Source: Callorhinchus milii (lineage: Eukaryota). Taken from it: a stretch of DNA of 64,000 nucleotides. This document shows, piece after piece, positions 62,751-64,000 of the stretch; position 1 is the stretch's first letter; each line of letters begins with the position of its first letter. The stretch lies in the NCBI RefSeq assembly GCF_018977255.1, contig NW_024704742.1, positions 69,070,001-69,134,000 of the forward strand, in the 5' to 3' direction. The notes under the pieces were generated by a model. That model did not search any database. It saw only the letters and a list, made by a program, of their open reading frames with translations, and had not been told where the DNA came from. The translations under genes were made by a program, and so were the position numbers.

Positions 62751-63282
62751 ATACTATATAAATGTTGTTATTGTTCTTTACAGGAGAAACTGAAGTATTT
62801 TGATATGTTTTGAAGTTTTGTTATCGGATGCTACTTTAGTTGCCATAAAGCAAATAGTAAAATGTTAGGCCTTTTTTGAGTTAGAGAAGAGGCATTTGTG
62901 TGTGGGGGGTGGCAGGCTAAGAGACTATGTAATGTGTAGTATTTAAAATTATAAAAGGGTTTGATAAGTTTAACATAAATAGTCTGGTTGGGCAGTCTGT
63001 AACCAGGGCCACAAATATAAGATAGCGACTCAGGAGATCTAAAAAAGAATTTAGCAGGAGCTACTTCAATAATAATAATAATAATCCTTGCATTTGATAT
63101 AGCGCTTTTCACGTCTTCTACACGTCCCAAAGCGCTTCACAGAACAGACTGTAAAGTGAATTGACTGTATATTTGTGGGCGAACGCGGCAGCCAATTGCG
63201 CACAGCAATGTCCCACAAACAGTCGAAGATTGAAAATGACCAATTTATTATTGGTTTTTTTGGTTTTGGAGGGATTATTATT

Positions 63283-63497
63283 CACCCAGAGGGTAGTGAG
63301 ATTGTGAAACTCGCTGCCTGAATCAGTGGTCGAATCAGAGAGTGCAGATGCTTTCAAGAGAAAGCTAGACCCTCACATGAGGGAGAGGAGAATAGGAGGG
63401 TATGGGAGGGGGTAAGGTGTGGGTGAAGACTTGTATTGAGTATAAACACAGCACGGACTGGTTGGGCTGAGTGACCTGTTTCCGTACTGAAAATTCT
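63283..63497 (+). mobile_element. CR1-type LINE 3' end
   Basis: FTQRVVRL.NSLP C-terminal remnant followed by a typical 3' UTR ending GACTGGTTGGGCTGAGTGACCTGTTTCCGTACTGAAATTCT. Confidence 0.7.
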
Positions 63498-64000
63498 TTG
63501 TGGTTGCAGTGTCTACATATGGTGATGTTTCCCACATCACAGCAACTCTGTAATATTGATTTGAATCTACTATTTTAAACAAGCTTAGAATATGTGCGAA
63601 GGGTTAACATTAAAATCAGTAAAAGTAGGTTTTTAAATGATATATAAAACTGTTCCCACGATCACTGCTGTTTAGATAACTTGGTCAGAGTTGGTTGCAG
63701 GACTTTGCCAGGTAGAAAGTTTAACATGACTCCAGTGATGCAATCGGGTGAAACTTCACTCCACAGTTTGTGCTGAAAGCTTGCCTCCGTTGGGGATACA
63801 TTTTCAACTGTGCACTGTGAGTTAAATTTGATGGTGGGTTTGCAACAAGAACTCTGTATGTTTTATAATTAAGACAAATATAATGATACATAGAATGTAA
63901 TACAATGCAGAAGTAATAGTTTTTCATCTTTTTTATTAGGGAGTAAATGTCCAGTAACTCAAATAATAATCGTTGTATTTAATATAGCACCTTATCACAT

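Noticed and set aside
59084..64000. EIF2AK3 exon 2 (expected to begin SLVIISTLDG)
   Set aside because: No matching peptide was found by eye. It probably lies beyond the window.

Overview
Vertebrate nuclear DNA, most likely from a cartilaginous fish. The repeat content (tRNA-derived SINEs with L2 tails, Deu-domain SINEs, L2/CR1 LINE fragments) resembles what I recall from chimaeras/elephant shark; the taxon is an inference. Three spliced genes can be read directly. SUCLG1 (minus strand) has exon 1 at 24977-25007 and exons 2-7 running off the left edge. RPIA (minus strand) has all 9 coding exons, 40689 to 31933, with a poly(A) signal at 30751. EIF2AK3/PERK (plus strand) has exon 1 only, 54549-54769, head-to-head with RPIA. 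Most of the rest is SINEs, L2/CR1 fragments, a decayed Helitron, two MITE-like elements, a Penelope-type palindrome and large G/C-skewed tandem repeats; nearly all ORFs in the supplied track are repeat artefacts. I found no demonstrably new gene system. The best leads are: (1) the RPIA-SUCLG1 interval, which holds the Ig-kappa locus in tetrapods, is here only about 5.7 kb and empty; (2) an out-of-frame uORF overlaps the PERK start, and four CGGACCAAT (ERSE-II-like) motifs sit in its promoter; (3) a candidate second CpG promoter and alternative first exon of SUCLG1 would remove the mitochondrial-type leader; (4) a minisatellite has expanded out of an L2 3' UTR; (5) a young SINE subfamily has a central deletion and an updated L2 tail.
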